A DNA stretch of 64,000 bases from Candidatus Sericytochromatia bacterium (GCA_035285595.1 JAYKGV010000028.1:13795-77794); one strand, 5' to 3'; shown: positions 46,934 to 56,125, numbered from the stretch's first letter. The notes: a model not told the origin generated them from the letters alone. A program made the numbers and translations.

Positions 46934-47149
46934 CTAGCGAAACCTTGGGCGTTCGACGTGACTCGCACCGGTGGGTGCCGACCCCGGGGACCCAACCCGT
47001 ACCTGAACCCCTCCGATGGGCAACGTGGCGGGTGTCGGGCTGGGGGTGGGGGTGGGAGCGGGACGCGGATTGGCCATCGCCGGTGCCGTGCTCAGGAAAA
47101 GCATTGCAACGGCCAGCAGGGCCATCGGGGTCGGGAACCCGTGTCTCAC
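46934..47149 (-). CDS. Small secreted Pro/Thr-rich peptide (71 aa)
   Basis: Signal peptide 'MALLAVAMLFLSTAPAMA' then 'NPRPAPTPTPSPTPATLPIGG'. Start overlaps the anti-sigma stop (operonic). Confidence 0.4.
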   Translation of the reverse strand: MRHGFPTPMALLAVAMLFLSTAPAMANPRPAPTPTPSPTPATLPIGGVQVRVGSPGSAPTGASHVERPRFR

Positions 47150-47844
47150 GCTTCACCTCCGTGGTGTCGTCGGCCACCTGAGGAAGGCAGCTCTCTCACA
47201 GGTAGGACGATATGCGTTTCACGGATGTTCCGTGCTTTGCGGACCACTGCTTGAATTTCCCAGCGTCCAGGCTGGAGGGGGCGAACGGCGATGGGGACGA
47301 CCGTACGCCCCTTGCGCAGCTGCCCTTGCCACGTGACACGCGATTCTTCCATCGCCTTGCCCTTCGCATCCACGAAGCGCAAACCTTCGGGTAGGCGAAT
47401 GTCAAAGGTCACATCGTCGACGTCTTCCTGAACCTCGAAGGCCACTTGCACCGCCACGTTCTGGCCAAGGGGCACGGCATTCGCTTCCAGCGTGATGCCG
47501 GGATCCGGTGCATGCCCGAGGAAGAGGCTGAAGGCTGCGGCCGCAGCTGCCCCCAACGCCATCGAGGGCCAGTTCAGGGATGACAGGAACTGATGATGCC
47601 AAGGGCGAGTCGGCAAGGGCTCGGCCGCAAGGGCCAGATGGAAGCGTTGACGGAATCCAGCGGGTAACTGCGGCCGAGGAAGCGAGCGGACCTGTTCCCG
47701 CAAGGCTTGCAGGGCGCGCACACGCGCTGTGCAGGTGGGGCAGGATCCCAAGTGCCCTTCCAACTCGACGTCCAGCGTCCCTCCCAGCGCGTCGGGACCC
47801 TCCAGAGAGGACGCCAGCAAGGGTTCAGCCTGTCGGCAGTCCAT
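47146..47844 (-). CDS. Anti-sigma factor (zinc-finger ZAS-type, single TM)
   Basis: 'HLGSCPTCTARV' is the HxxxCxxC motif. TM 'LGAAAAAAFSLFLG'. Overlaps the ECF sigma stop by 20 nt. Confidence 0.7.
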   Translation of the reverse strand: MDCRQAEPLLASSLEGPDALGGTLDVELEGHLGSCPTCTARVRALQALREQVRSLPRPQLPAGFRQRFHLALAAEPLPTRPWHHQFLSSLNWPSMALGAAAAAAFSLFLGHAPDPGITLEANAVPLGQNVAVQVAFEVQEDVDDVTFDIRLPEGLRFVDAKGKAMEESRVTWQGQLRKGRTVVPIAVRPLQPGRWEIQAVVRKARNIRETHIVLPVRELPSSGGRRHHGGEA

Positions 47845-48397
47845 GGCTCTTTCCTTCCAACCAGGCCGACCAGCGGTCCTTGCGGGCCAACAGGATCTGC
47901 CTAAGGCTCTCCCTTGCGCGATTCAGGCGCGACTTCACCGTTCCAAGGTTCAGGTCAAGCATGGTGGCGATTTCCTGGTAGTCATAACCTTCGAGGTCAT
48001 ACAGCAGGAGCGGTCCCTTGAGCTTGTCGGACAGCTGGTCGACCGCCTCCCGAACCACTTCTCCAAGTTGCTGATCCTCGAACGCTCGGTCGAGGGACCG
48101 GTCCGGCCGTTCTGGAACTTGTTCGACCGGCTCTTCGTGACGGCGCGAGGCCTTCTTGAACTCGTCGAGCACTGTGTTCCGCACGATCCGGCACAGCCAA
48201 CCGTGGACGTCACTGGTTCCTCGGAAGGTGCCAAGTCCGCGATAGGCCTTGAGGAGGGCATCCTGAAGGACGTCTGCGGCATCGTCGGGATCTCCCAGGT
48301 GAGCACGGGCCAGGGCATACAGCCGGTCGAGCGAGGGCTCGACGAGGATCTCGAAGGCCTGCTTGTCCCCACCCAAGGCACGGTGCACCAGGTGCAT
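47825..48397 (-). CDS. ECF (sigma-70 family) RNA polymerase sigma factor
   Basis: Regions 2 and 4: 'DVLQDALLKAYRGLGTFRG...WLCRIVRNTVLD' and 'YQEIATMLDLNLGTVKSRLNRARESL'. The track ORF N-terminus (to 48901) is antisense to ybaB/recR. The start is either Met 48397 or Met 48475. Confidence 0.8.
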   Translation of the reverse strand: MHLVHRALGGDKQAFEILVEPSLDRLYALARAHLGDPDDAADVLQDALLKAYRGLGTFRGTSDVHGWLCRIVRNTVLDEFKKASRRHEEPVEQVPERPDRSLDRAFEDQQLGEVVREAVDQLSDKLKGPLLLYDLEGYDYQEIATMLDLNLGTVKSRLNRARESLRQILLARKDRWSAWLEGKSHGLPTG

Positions 48398-48505
48398 CTG
48401 CTCGGGAGTGGCGGGCAAGGAAAGAACCTTCTGCTGGCATGACGAGGACGACGCTCCCCGTGTTCCCTCCATCATACCCCGGTCTGCTACCATGGCCTCG
48501 TCAGG

Positions 48506-48874
48506 ATGGAGGTGGCCATGCGCAAGATGCCGAGCGGTTTCCCCGGGGGCATGGGAGGCATGGACCTGGGCAAGATGATGCGACAGGCCCAGAAGATGCA
48601 GGAAGACCTGCAGCGTGCCCAGGAAGGTCTCAAGGACGTTCGCCTCGAGGGGACGGCCGGTGGTGGTGTCGTGACCGTGACGGTGGATGGTCATCGTGAC
48701 GTCGTGGGTCTGCGCATCCGCCCAGAAGCGGTGGATCCAGACGATGTCGAGACGCTCGAGGATCTCGTGCTGGGTGCCCTGAAGGATGCTCAGGCCAAGG
48801 CCCGCGTGGAGGCCGAACAGCGCCTCGGAGGCATCGCAGGGTCGCTCGGCGGCGGGCTTCCCGGCCTGTTCTGA
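48506..48874 (+). CDS. ybaB: Nucleoid-associated protein YbaB/EbfC
   Basis: 'GGMGGMDLGKMMRQAQKMQEDLQRAQEGL...VTVTVDGHRDV'. Confidence 0.9.
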   Translation: MEVAMRKMPSGFPGGMGGMDLGKMMRQAQKMQEDLQRAQEGLKDVRLEGTAGGGVVTVTVDGHRDVVGLRIRPEAVDPDDVETLEDLVLGALKDAQAKARVEAEQRLGGIAGSLGGGLPGLF

Positions 48875-48885
48875 ATCTCCCCGCC

Positions 48886-49485
48886 GTGTCTTTGCCAGCA
48901 CCTCTCATGGCCCTCGTGGCCGAGTTGCAGCGATTGCCTGGAATCGGCCACAAGAGTGCCCAGCGGCTAGGTCTGCATCTGGTTTCACGGCCGGTCCAGG
49001 AGGTGGAGCGTCTGGCGTCCGCCTTGCTCGAGGCACGGCAAGCCCTGCAGCGGTGTGAGACCTGCCACGATCTGGCCGACGGTCCGGTCTGCAGGATTTG
49101 TCAGGACCCCGCCCGTGATGCCGGCCTCCTGGCCGTGGTGACCGGGACTCGTGAAGTTCTCGCCTTCGAGCGTACACGCGAATTCAAAGGCCGCTATCAT
49201 CTTCTGGGGGGACTGCTGTCACCCTTGGATGGCGTGGGGCCGGAACAGCTCAATGTCCGCAGCCTGCTCGAAAGGCTGCGGGATCCTGGCATTCGAGAGG
49301 TGCTTCTCGCGCTGGACCCCACCATCGAAGGGGAAGCCACGACCCTCTACCTGTCTCGGTTGCTTAAACCTCTCGCCATTCCCTGCACGAGGTTGGCCTC
49401 GGGGCTGTCCGTTGGCAGCGACCTGGAGATGGCCGACGAGGTCACGCTGGCCCGCGCTTTCGAGGGGCGACGCACCATCGACTGA
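48886..49485 (+). CDS. recR: Recombination protein RecR
   Basis: HhH motif 'LPGIGHKSAQRL'. C4 zinc finger 'CETCHDLADGPVCRIC'. Toprim domain. Confidence 0.92.
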   Translation: MSLPAPLMALVAELQRLPGIGHKSAQRLGLHLVSRPVQEVERLASALLEARQALQRCETCHDLADGPVCRICQDPARDAGLLAVVTGTREVLAFERTREFKGRYHLLGGLLSPLDGVGPEQLNVRSLLERLRDPGIREVLLALDPTIEGEATTLYLSRLLKPLAIPCTRLASGLSVGSDLEMADEVTLARAFEGRRTID

Positions 49486-50185
49486 GGTCCTCGCAACGGC
49501 CTTGGTGGCGCCGGAGGTCTCCGGCAAGGACGAGAAGCCGGAGCACAAGACAAAACAAGGCCCACAGCCAAGGACCCTTCGAATGCCCGAGACTCAGTGG
49601 CGGGATCATCAAGGCCAGCAATGCGAGGCGCCCGACTCCCCACATCCATCCTCGCGGTCTTCTGGTGGCCTGGGTCGAACCGAAGCCTCTCGCGATCGCC
49701 CTGGCCCACGATTGCCCGACGATTTCCGGTAAACCAGCCGTGACGAGATAGATCAACAGCACCCGTGCCGAGACTTCAAGAGGATTGAACGGCGAAGGAC
49801 CGGCCACGTATGGCAAGAACTGACGGACCGAGGTGTAAAGTGCCCACACGGCTCCCATCAGGAGCAAACCGCCAAGGGCCCACTCCGAAAGGCTGCGTCC
49901 ATAGAGCCGTAGCCAGCGCCAACGCTCACTGCCGCGAGGGACCGACCTTGCGAATTCCCACGACAGCCAGGCCCCTTGAAGCAGAACCCCTGCAAGGAGA
50001 GCTCGTCCGGGCACCGGTAGGTGTTGCAGATCGATCAGCGTTCGAGCTGGATGACGGGCTACGAGCTCCGCGAGCGCCTGGAGGACCGTGAACTCAAGAG
50101 GCAGGAGGCTGCCGATGGCCCAGCCGTGCACGGCCACAGCGAGGCCGAGCTGTATTTGATGGTGCTGTTCCGTGCCCGACTTCAT
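49442..50185 (-). CDS. Hypothetical integral membrane protein (about 6 TM)
   Basis: Start overlaps the lysS stop by 4 nt, which suggests co-transcription. Overlaps the 3' end of recR convergently. Confidence 0.5.
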   Translation of the reverse strand: MKSGTEQHHQIQLGLAVAVHGWAIGSLLPLEFTVLQALAELVARHPARTLIDLQHLPVPGRALLAGVLLQGAWLSWEFARSVPRGSERWRWLRLYGRSLSEWALGGLLLMGAVWALYTSVRQFLPYVAGPSPFNPLEVSARVLLIYLVTAGLPEIVGQSWARAIARGFGSTQATRRPRGWMWGVGRLALLALMIPPLSLGHSKGPWLWALFCLVLRLLVLAGDLRRHQGRCEDLSRWCVAPRKRGPA

Positions 50186-51696
50186 GCCCTGGGGCGCAGG
50201 AGGGGGAACAAGATGACGTCGCGGATGGAAGAGGCATCACAAAGCAACATGGCCAAACGATCGATGCCGATCCCGAGACCGCCGGTCGGAGGCATGCCTT
50301 GCTCCAGCGCGCTCAGGTAATCCTCGTCGACCGCGTGGGCTTCATCGTCTCCCGATGCCTTTGCCGCAGCTTGGGCCTCGAAACGCTGACGCTGATCGAG
50401 GGGGTCGTTGAGTTCACTGAACGCGTTGGCCAGCTCTCGACCGAGCACAAAGGCTTCGAACCGTTCCGTCAGGGCCGGGTCGTCGCGATGGCGCTTGGCG
50501 AGAGGGGAGACCTCGACGGGGAAATCCGTGATGAAGACCGGATCAAGCAGCTTGTGGTCGAAGCAGTCAAAAAGCGCGGCCAAGACCGTGCCCGGTGTGA
50601 CGTCTCTTGGCACGCTTCCCCCGTGCGCTCGGAGGAGGTCCACCCTGGCCTCCAGATCCAATCCGTCGGGCTCGAGCCCGAGATCCCTCAAGAACAGATC
50701 GACCTGCGCACGCATGGTCCGACGCGGCCAAGGCGAGGCAAGGTCGAGGACTCCGGAAGGATGTTGTCCGCACGGTATTCGGGTGGTGCCACAAGCGGCC
50801 AAGGCGGCGGCCGAAACGAGCCTTTCCGTCAGCGTCATCATGTCGCGGTAGTCGGCGTAGGCCTGGTAGACCTCAATCATCGTGAATTCCGGATTATGCC
50901 GGGTCGATACACCTTCATTGCGGAAGCTGCGGTTGATTTCGTAGACTCGCTCGAGCCCCCCGACCACCAGACGCTTCAGGTAGAGCTCGGGCGAGATCCG
51001 AAGATGGAGCTCGAGATCGAGGGCATTGTGATGAGTCATGAAGGGCCTTGCCGCCGCTCCGCCCGGAATGGCGTGCAGCATCGGCGTCTCGACTTCGAGA
51101 AAACCCTCCTGGTCGAGCAGGTGTCTGATGGCGGCAATTGCACGTGAACGCTTGATGAAGGTGTCGCGCACCTCCGGGTTCGAGATCAGATCCAGGTGAC
51201 GATGCCGGTAGCGCGTCTCTACGTCGGTCAGGCCATGCCACTTCTCCGGCAGGGGACGCAGGGCCTTGGACAACATCGTCCAGGTCGAGGGCTGGACGGA
51301 GAGCTCCCCGCGCTTCGTGCGACGAACATGCCCCTCCACACCGATGATGTCGCCAAGGTCGACCCACTCCGTCAGACGGGTGAAGGCAGATTCACCCAAG
51401 CCACCGAGATCGGCAAAGATCTGGATGCGTTCCCCCGTCCCGTCGACCAGGTCGAGGAAGCATAGTTTGCCCGAGGTCCGACGACTGAGGACCCGTCCGG
51501 CGATCCGCACGATGTCCCCGGTTTCTTCTCCGGACGGCAGGCTGGCATGGCGGAGGTGAAGTTCGGCGTGGCTGGCGGTCGGCCTGAACTCCGGGGGATA
51601 GGGGTCTCCTCCAGCCTCTCGTATGCGGGCCAGCTTGTCGCGTCGGACGCGCTCGTGCTCGGAGCGCTCGCTGTCTGGGCGGGAAACCGTGTCCAT
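50182..51696 (-). CDS. lysS: Lysine--tRNA ligase (class II)
   Basis: 'FLEVETPMLHAIPGGAAARPF', 'SFRNEGVSTRHNPEFTMIE' and 'GGLGIGIDRLAMLL'. Met at 51696 aligns with the E. coli N-terminus. Track ORF runs to 51834. Confidence 0.93.
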   Translation of the reverse strand: MDTVSRPDSERSEHERVRRDKLARIREAGGDPYPPEFRPTASHAELHLRHASLPSGEETGDIVRIAGRVLSRRTSGKLCFLDLVDGTGERIQIFADLGGLGESAFTRLTEWVDLGDIIGVEGHVRRTKRGELSVQPSTWTMLSKALRPLPEKWHGLTDVETRYRHRHLDLISNPEVRDTFIKRSRAIAAIRHLLDQEGFLEVETPMLHAIPGGAAARPFMTHHNALDLELHLRISPELYLKRLVVGGLERVYEINRSFRNEGVSTRHNPEFTMIEVYQAYADYRDMMTLTERLVSAAALAACGTTRIPCGQHPSGVLDLASPWPRRTMRAQVDLFLRDLGLEPDGLDLEARVDLLRAHGGSVPRDVTPGTVLAALFDCFDHKLLDPVFITDFPVEVSPLAKRHRDDPALTERFEAFVLGRELANAFSELNDPLDQRQRFEAQAAAKASGDDEAHAVDEDYLSALEQGMPPTGGLGIGIDRLAMLLCDASSIRDVILFPLLRPRA

Positions 51697-51734
51697 AAGG
51701 GCATGATAGGCCTCTCTTGCGTGCTGTGGCAAAC

Positions 51735-51764
51735 CCGCGCCCGGCCGGGTTCGGTCGGGCGCGG
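51735..51764 (-). terminator. Putative hairpin terminator (CCGCGCCCG-N12-CGGGCGCGG) after the lipoprotein gene
   Basis: Perfect 9-bp GC stem with a weak U-tract. Confidence 0.3.
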
Positions 51765-51781
51765 GACGCTCTTTCGCAACT

Positions 51782-52468
51782 TTAGGGGACGAGCAGGTGC
51801 GAGGTGACGCCGGGTCTGGCACCAATCCAGCCAAGTTGGGAAAGCACTCCAGGCGTGACTCCGGGGCAGACTCCGTTGGCCCCGTAAGGTAGTAGCAGTT
51901 CCTTCGTGGTGTAGGTGACGGGGGTCATGACATTCCCCCGGTTGAGGAAGAGCGGATAGTAGTAGAAGGGCGCATCAGGAGCCTTGAGGTAGAAAGGCTG
52001 CATGCCACCGATCCCTGCAAAGTAGGGCAAGTACATCCCGAAGTGACTGTTTACACCCAGGAAATGCATCCGATTGAAGATGCCGGGGTCGATACCGAAG
52101 GGCAACCCTTCGAAGGCAAGTGCACGTGACGAGCCCGCAAAGAAGGGTTGATAGAGGTCAATCCACCGTGACCCCCCGAACCCCAGCGTCGGGAATACGC
52201 TCAGGATTCCCAGCGTGGTGGGGACGACACCCGGAGCGTTGGCCACGAGGGCTTCGAGCTTGGGAAGCGCCATTGCCCCGGGCACCCGTGGCGTGCGGGA
52301 AATGAGTTCACCCAGCACGGGTCGGGCTTCCTTGGTCAGCTCCGCTTGCGCGATCGGGTGACTGATCTTGGCGTTCTGTACGGATGTGGCGTGGGGCTGC
52401 CCGACTCCGCATCCTGCCATGACCCCGGCCCAAAGCAGGCCGTGCACGATGTGGAACTTTCGATCCAT
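51782..52468 (-). CDS. Lipoprotein, Gly/Pro/Phe/Tyr-rich
   Basis: Internal Met 'MDRKFHIVHGLLWAGVMAG|CG' (lipobox). 'GMYLPYFAGIGGMQPFYLKAPDAPFYYYPLFL'. The track ORF N-terminus (to 52864) is Arg-rich junk. Confidence 0.5.
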   Translation of the reverse strand: MDRKFHIVHGLLWAGVMAGCGVGQPHATSVQNAKISHPIAQAELTKEARPVLGELISRTPRVPGAMALPKLEALVANAPGVVPTTLGILSVFPTLGFGGSRWIDLYQPFFAGSSRALAFEGLPFGIDPGIFNRMHFLGVNSHFGMYLPYFAGIGGMQPFYLKAPDAPFYYYPLFLNRGNVMTPVTYTTKELLLPYGANGVCPGVTPGVLSQLGWIGARPGVTSHLLVP

Positions 52469-52731
52469 CCGATGCCTCCTCTCCGGTCGGGGGATGTCCC
52501 GTCCGGTGCCGCAGACTAGCCACAGGCACCGTTTCGGTACAACGCCTTTCCGGCAGGCTCGCGTCCAGCGGGCCTTGCGGCAGGTGAAGGCGGCGAATGC
52601 GGCAGGACGTGTCGATCCCGACGAGCCTCTGCCCGCACGATGGCAGGAGGTCTCGTCCATCTCGGAAAAGGCACCGCAATCTGAGCAGAAGGCCCGACGG
52701 GACGTCCCGTCGGGCCTCGAGGATACCGGGG

Positions 52732-53478
52732 TCAGGCCTGGGCGTGCAGGCCCCGGCCAGGTAGCGAGATCCTCTCCATCGCCGCACGGATGGCACAAAG
52801 GACAGCCGTGCCGCCTTCCACGCCTCCGGCTTCGCGCAGGGCCCGGCCCACTCCCACGCCGCAAGCGCCCGACGCCACGGCGTGAGGGGCGCTCAGGGCA
52901 TCAAGCCCGCCCGCCAAAAACACGGGAATTTCGACGACTCCCGCCACGGCCGAGACAACCTGCAGGGCCTCGGCGAGGTTGCGGAGCGCACCGGCGAGAC
53001 CTGGCTCGGGGTAGGCCAAGGTGCCCTCGATCTGCAGGAGGGAGGCGCCAGCGGCCTGCAACTGCCTTGCCAGGTCGAGCTGCTGGGGCATGGGCAACCT
53101 TCCTGGCAAGGTCACGCAGACAGGTGTTCCAGGTGACGCGAGAGCGACGGTACGGCGGGTCCATCCGAGGACCTCTTCAGCCGTCGGGGTCTCACCTGCA
53201 CGGTAGAGAGCATCGTAGTTGCCGATCTCGAGGACGTCCGCCCCGGAGGCCACGAGCACGTCTGGCACGATGGAAGAAGCGAAGACCACGGCGTCGGGCG
53301 CCAGACGCCGCACCTCCGCGACCAAGGCAGGATCCGCCGCGACATCCACCGCGTCGGCACCGCCGCGATGAGCAGCCTCGGCGACCTGCGCCACGACGGC
53401 AGGGTCATGGCAGTCGATGCCGGCGATGGCCTTGAGGAAGCGGCGGGACACAAGGGCTTGGTTGAGGCGTTCGAGCAT
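52732..53478 (-). CDS. TIM-barrel-like protein of the Ycf23/DUF561 type (tentative)
   Basis: 'KAIAGIDCHDPAVVAQVAEAAHRGGADAVDVAADPALV...LEIGNYDALY' recalled by similarity to Ycf23-like proteins. Not verified. Confidence 0.4.
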   Translation of the reverse strand: MLERLNQALVSRRFLKAIAGIDCHDPAVVAQVAEAAHRGGADAVDVAADPALVAEVRRLAPDAVVFASSIVPDVLVASGADVLEIGNYDALYRAGETPTAEEVLGWTRRTVALASPGTPVCVTLPGRLPMPQQLDLARQLQAAGASLLQIEGTLAYPEPGLAGALRNLAEALQVVSAVAGVVEIPVFLAGGLDALSAPHAVASGACGVGVGRALREAGGVEGGTAVLCAIRAAMERISLPGRGLHAQA

Positions 53479-53524
53479 GGGTCTTCCTGAATTTGAGCAA
53501 GCCGCCTGGCTTGCGAGGATGCCG

Positions 53525-54148
53525 TCATTCTACCCGCGGCCCTCCTGAATCCTGCAAGGGGTTTCCCCACCCTTCTTCCGCGGCGGCATCCTGGGAGGGA
53601 TGCTCCGAGGTCAAGACGGGCAGGGCTTCTCGCCACAGGTCGGGCCCGGAGTCGCCCCAAAGTGGCTGCCCAGGCTGGCCGCGACCGCTGCCACTCCAGA
53701 CGTTGGGTCGAATGATGCCGAGATGGTCGAGTGGAGGCCAGACCCGGCCGTCCTCGAGCTCATAAGCGAGAATTTCACCCTCCTCGTCACTGAAGTGGAC
53801 GTCCACGACATGACCTTGTTGCTTCTGGGTGCTGTCTTGCAAGAGATGGCCCAGGATCTCGCGGCTGGTCCGCAGACCGACGGTGACCGTTCCGAACTCC
53901 AGGCCAGGGGTTGCGTCGGGTAGTCCGGCCATCTCGAAGGCCGAGGAAGCCATGCGACGGATTTGGCCAAGGGGCAGATCATCCGAGGGCCCGTGAGATC
54001 TTGCCTCGGGGTCTGTCCAGTTGATACGAAGCGCGATGACCCTTTGTTCAACGGGGTCCCAGAGGACATCTGCCACGCGACCGACGGAGTCGCCGTCGGG
54101 TGTGCAGATGCCTTGGCCTTCGATGCCTCGGAACGACCAGCGGGCCAT
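53525..54148 (-). CDS. PRC-barrel domain protein (two PRC modules)
   Basis: 'GDSVGRVADVLWDPVEQRVIALRI' and 'GHVVDVHFSDEEGEILAYELEDG'. Confidence 0.6.
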   Translation of the reverse strand: MARWSFRGIEGQGICTPDGDSVGRVADVLWDPVEQRVIALRINWTDPEARSHGPSDDLPLGQIRRMASSAFEMAGLPDATPGLEFGTVTVGLRTSREILGHLLQDSTQKQQGHVVDVHFSDEEGEILAYELEDGRVWPPLDHLGIIRPNVWSGSGRGQPGQPLWGDSGPDLWREALPVLTSEHPSQDAAAEEGWGNPLQDSGGPRVE

Positions 54149-54229
54149 GGTGGGCGCCTCCTTCACGCAGCGCAAAGATGCCCGGGCTGTCGCGCACGAG
54201 CAAGGAGTCCCAGCATGCTCGACGCGTGC

Positions 54230-54739
54230 TCACATCGGAATGAAGTCTGTCCCGCCGGTGCCTGACTTCTGGACCCCGGTGACCTTTTTGATGAGGCGAA
54301 ACAGTCTGGTCAGATCCATGCGCAGGCTGATTTCCCGTGACTCCAGCTCAGCTGCGGCCTCGCCGCCGTCCTCATCCCCGCTTGCGGCCAGCGCCGCTCT
54401 CGCTTGCTGCAGGGCGTGGAGCTGCGCCTGCACGTATTCCCGCTCGGTCGTGATGAGCTTGTACATGTAGGTGGGCTGCCGAAACTCGGGGATCAGATCA
54501 GGGGAAGCTTCCCAAGCCGAGATCAAATAGCGGCGTTCCTCGCTCTCCTTTTGCAAGTCCTCAATCGAGGGCGGTGCCGTCTGCATCTGGCGCTCACGTC
54601 GCGCAGGAACGGGCCCTGTGGGGCGCTCCCCCCTGGGCCCGGCGGCATCCTGCACCGGCTTGCCCAGCCAGCCTTGGACCTTGCCCCAGAAGCTATCGGT
54701 CATGTCAGGCATGTTGGGCAAAACGGCGCGGTTTGCCAA
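54230..54739 (-). CDS. Hypothetical protein (169 aa)
   Basis: Non-repetitive ORF, 54 nt downstream of the next gene. No family recognised. Confidence 0.4.
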   Translation of the reverse strand: MANRAVLPNMPDMTDSFWGKVQGWLGKPVQDAAGPRGERPTGPVPARRERQMQTAPPSIEDLQKESEERRYLISAWEASPDLIPEFRQPTYMYKLITTEREYVQAQLHALQQARAALAASGDEDGGEAAAELESREISLRMDLTRLFRLIKKVTGVQKSGTGGTDFIPM

Positions 54740-54794
54740 GACGGCCGTCTCGCGGGGAGGAGACCCGTGAGACGGCCGTCCGGTCGGACAAGGA

Positions 54795-55463
54795 TCAGCG
54801 GAAGTTGGAGCGATTGTCTTCCGCGAAGTCGACGAGGGATTGGCCGAGGTCGCCGATGGCGCCGATAGCGGTGCGACCTGCCACCCGACCGGCTTCGCGC
54901 ACTCCTCGTACCGTCGTCAATGCGGCATCCGTCGCGTAGTCGCCGACGGCTTCCACACCACGCGCCACGGCGCGTCCCGCGGCTACCGTGCCATCGACTA
55001 CCGCACCACCCACCGCCCGGGAACCGCTGATCAGAGGAAGATTGGCAATGGCCTGGTTGGCCCGACGAGCCTCTTCCGCCTTGATTCGGTCCGCTGCCTC
55101 GCGCCAACGGCCGGCAGGGTCATAGGGCAGGTCCAGAATCCTGTCATAGCTGTTGACCACCTGACGCCCCTTGAAGAAGGCAATCTCTCCGACGAGGGGG
55201 ACGACGGTGAGTTCCGCAAGCCCGTGCAGGAAGCGGCCCACCTTGCCGGCCCCTCCGCTCAGCTTGTCCCAGTAGTGCTCGCCGACGGTCTTGGGTGGGG
55301 CTTCTGGCATTCTGCTGATCGCTCGGGGCTGAAGCACGACGAGATCACGGGAGGCACGCGCCGGTCGGGCCGCGCTGGCTCCCTCTGCAAGGATCTGGGA
55401 CAGGTCCCGACGCGCCGCACCCAGAGCGACGGGGGACTGTGAGCGAATGGCAAGCTGCGACAT
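54795..55463 (-). CDS. Hypothetical protein (222 aa) with a Gly/Ala/Val-rich C-terminal half
   Basis: ATG 55463 is preceded by a GGAAGAGGAG RBS. The track ORF N-terminus (to 56075) conflicts with a better + strand gene and was discarded. Confidence 0.5.
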   Translation of the reverse strand: MSQLAIRSQSPVALGAARRDLSQILAEGASAARPARASRDLVVLQPRAISRMPEAPPKTVGEHYWDKLSGGAGKVGRFLHGLAELTVVPLVGEIAFFKGRQVVNSYDRILDLPYDPAGRWREAADRIKAEEARRANQAIANLPLISGSRAVGGAVVDGTVAAGRAVARGVEAVGDYATDAALTTVRGVREAGRVAGRTAIGAIGDLGQSLVDFAEDNRSNFR

Positions 55464-55581
55464 GGTAGGTCTCCTCTTCCTGACCAGGGCGACAATGTGG
55501 TTATCGCCTGCCCCAGCTGTCGATGCGGTAAAGAAACCTCTAACTCCCGGAAAAGATTTAACCTCATTCGTGAGGTTGGTT

Positions 55582-55610
55582 TTGCACGGTGGAGCGGCCG
55601 GAGCTATGAT
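55582..55610 (+). promoter_or_regulatory. Near-consensus sigma70 promoter TTGCAC-17-TATGAT
   Basis: Read directly from the sequence. About 60 nt upstream of GTG 55671 with an AAAGGG RBS. Lies in a locally AT-richer stretch. Confidence 0.5.
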
Positions 55611-55670
55611 GGGATCGGCCCCGCTGGTTCGCTCGATGGCTGGCCAGTCTGTCCTGAAAGGGTGTGCACG

Positions 55671-56063
55671 GTGCGGCGGGAACTCGAGAAGTTCGAAAAC
55701 GCGGAAGTGGCGGCGGAGTATCGCAGGCGGTATGGCGATCCGCTGGAGGAAGTCGAGCCATCCGAGTTGATGGAGTTGATGGAATCGCTCTGGGCAAGCC
55801 GAGCGGGTACTTACGCTCAACTTCGGGAAGACTTGCGTCGGAAGAATGTCGACCCTTGGGGCACCCGGATTCAGCTGACGGAAACCTACTTCCGCAATCA
55901 GTTCTTCCGGACCAACAAGTTGGACCCCGAAAAAGAGCGCAGCAAAATCCTTGACATAGAAGATTTCATTGGCTGGCTTGTCTTTGACAAAATTCGTGAG
56001 CACCAGCGCGAGGAGGAGGAGGAATCGCGGTTCATTCGTGACCGCCATGCTCCCCGCATCTGA
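55671..56063 (+). CDS. Hypothetical small protein (131 aa), lower-GC coding region
   Basis: K/N/F/I-containing composition that is atypical for spurious ORFs in this genome ('YFRNQFFRTNKLDPEKERSKILDIEDFIGWLVFDKIREHQREEEEE'). Has a promoter and RBS upstream. Confidence 0.55.
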   Translation: MRRELEKFENAEVAAEYRRRYGDPLEEVEPSELMELMESLWASRAGTYAQLREDLRRKNVDPWGTRIQLTETYFRNQFFRTNKLDPEKERSKILDIEDFIGWLVFDKIREHQREEEEESRFIRDRHAPRI

Positions 56064-56125
56064 CCCGTCATACAAACAGCCCCCCCGACACGGTCGTGTC
56101 CGGGGGGCTGTTCGTTGATTTCAGC

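Noticed and set aside
45985-47181. 398-aa + strand ORF spanning rpsU, HIT and the small peptide genes
   Set aside because: It crosses three independently supported minus-strand genes and an intergenic terminator. It is an artefact of GC richness.
52368-53435. 355-aa + strand ORF (Arg/Pro-rich)
   Set aside because: It is antisense to the lipoprotein and Ycf23-like genes. It is over 25% Arg/Pro with no motifs.
55464-56075. N-terminal 204 aa of the 426-aa minus track ORF
   Set aside because: It conflicts with the + strand 131-aa gene, which has a consensus promoter, an RBS and a protein-like composition. The minus ORF has a good RBS only at Met 55463.
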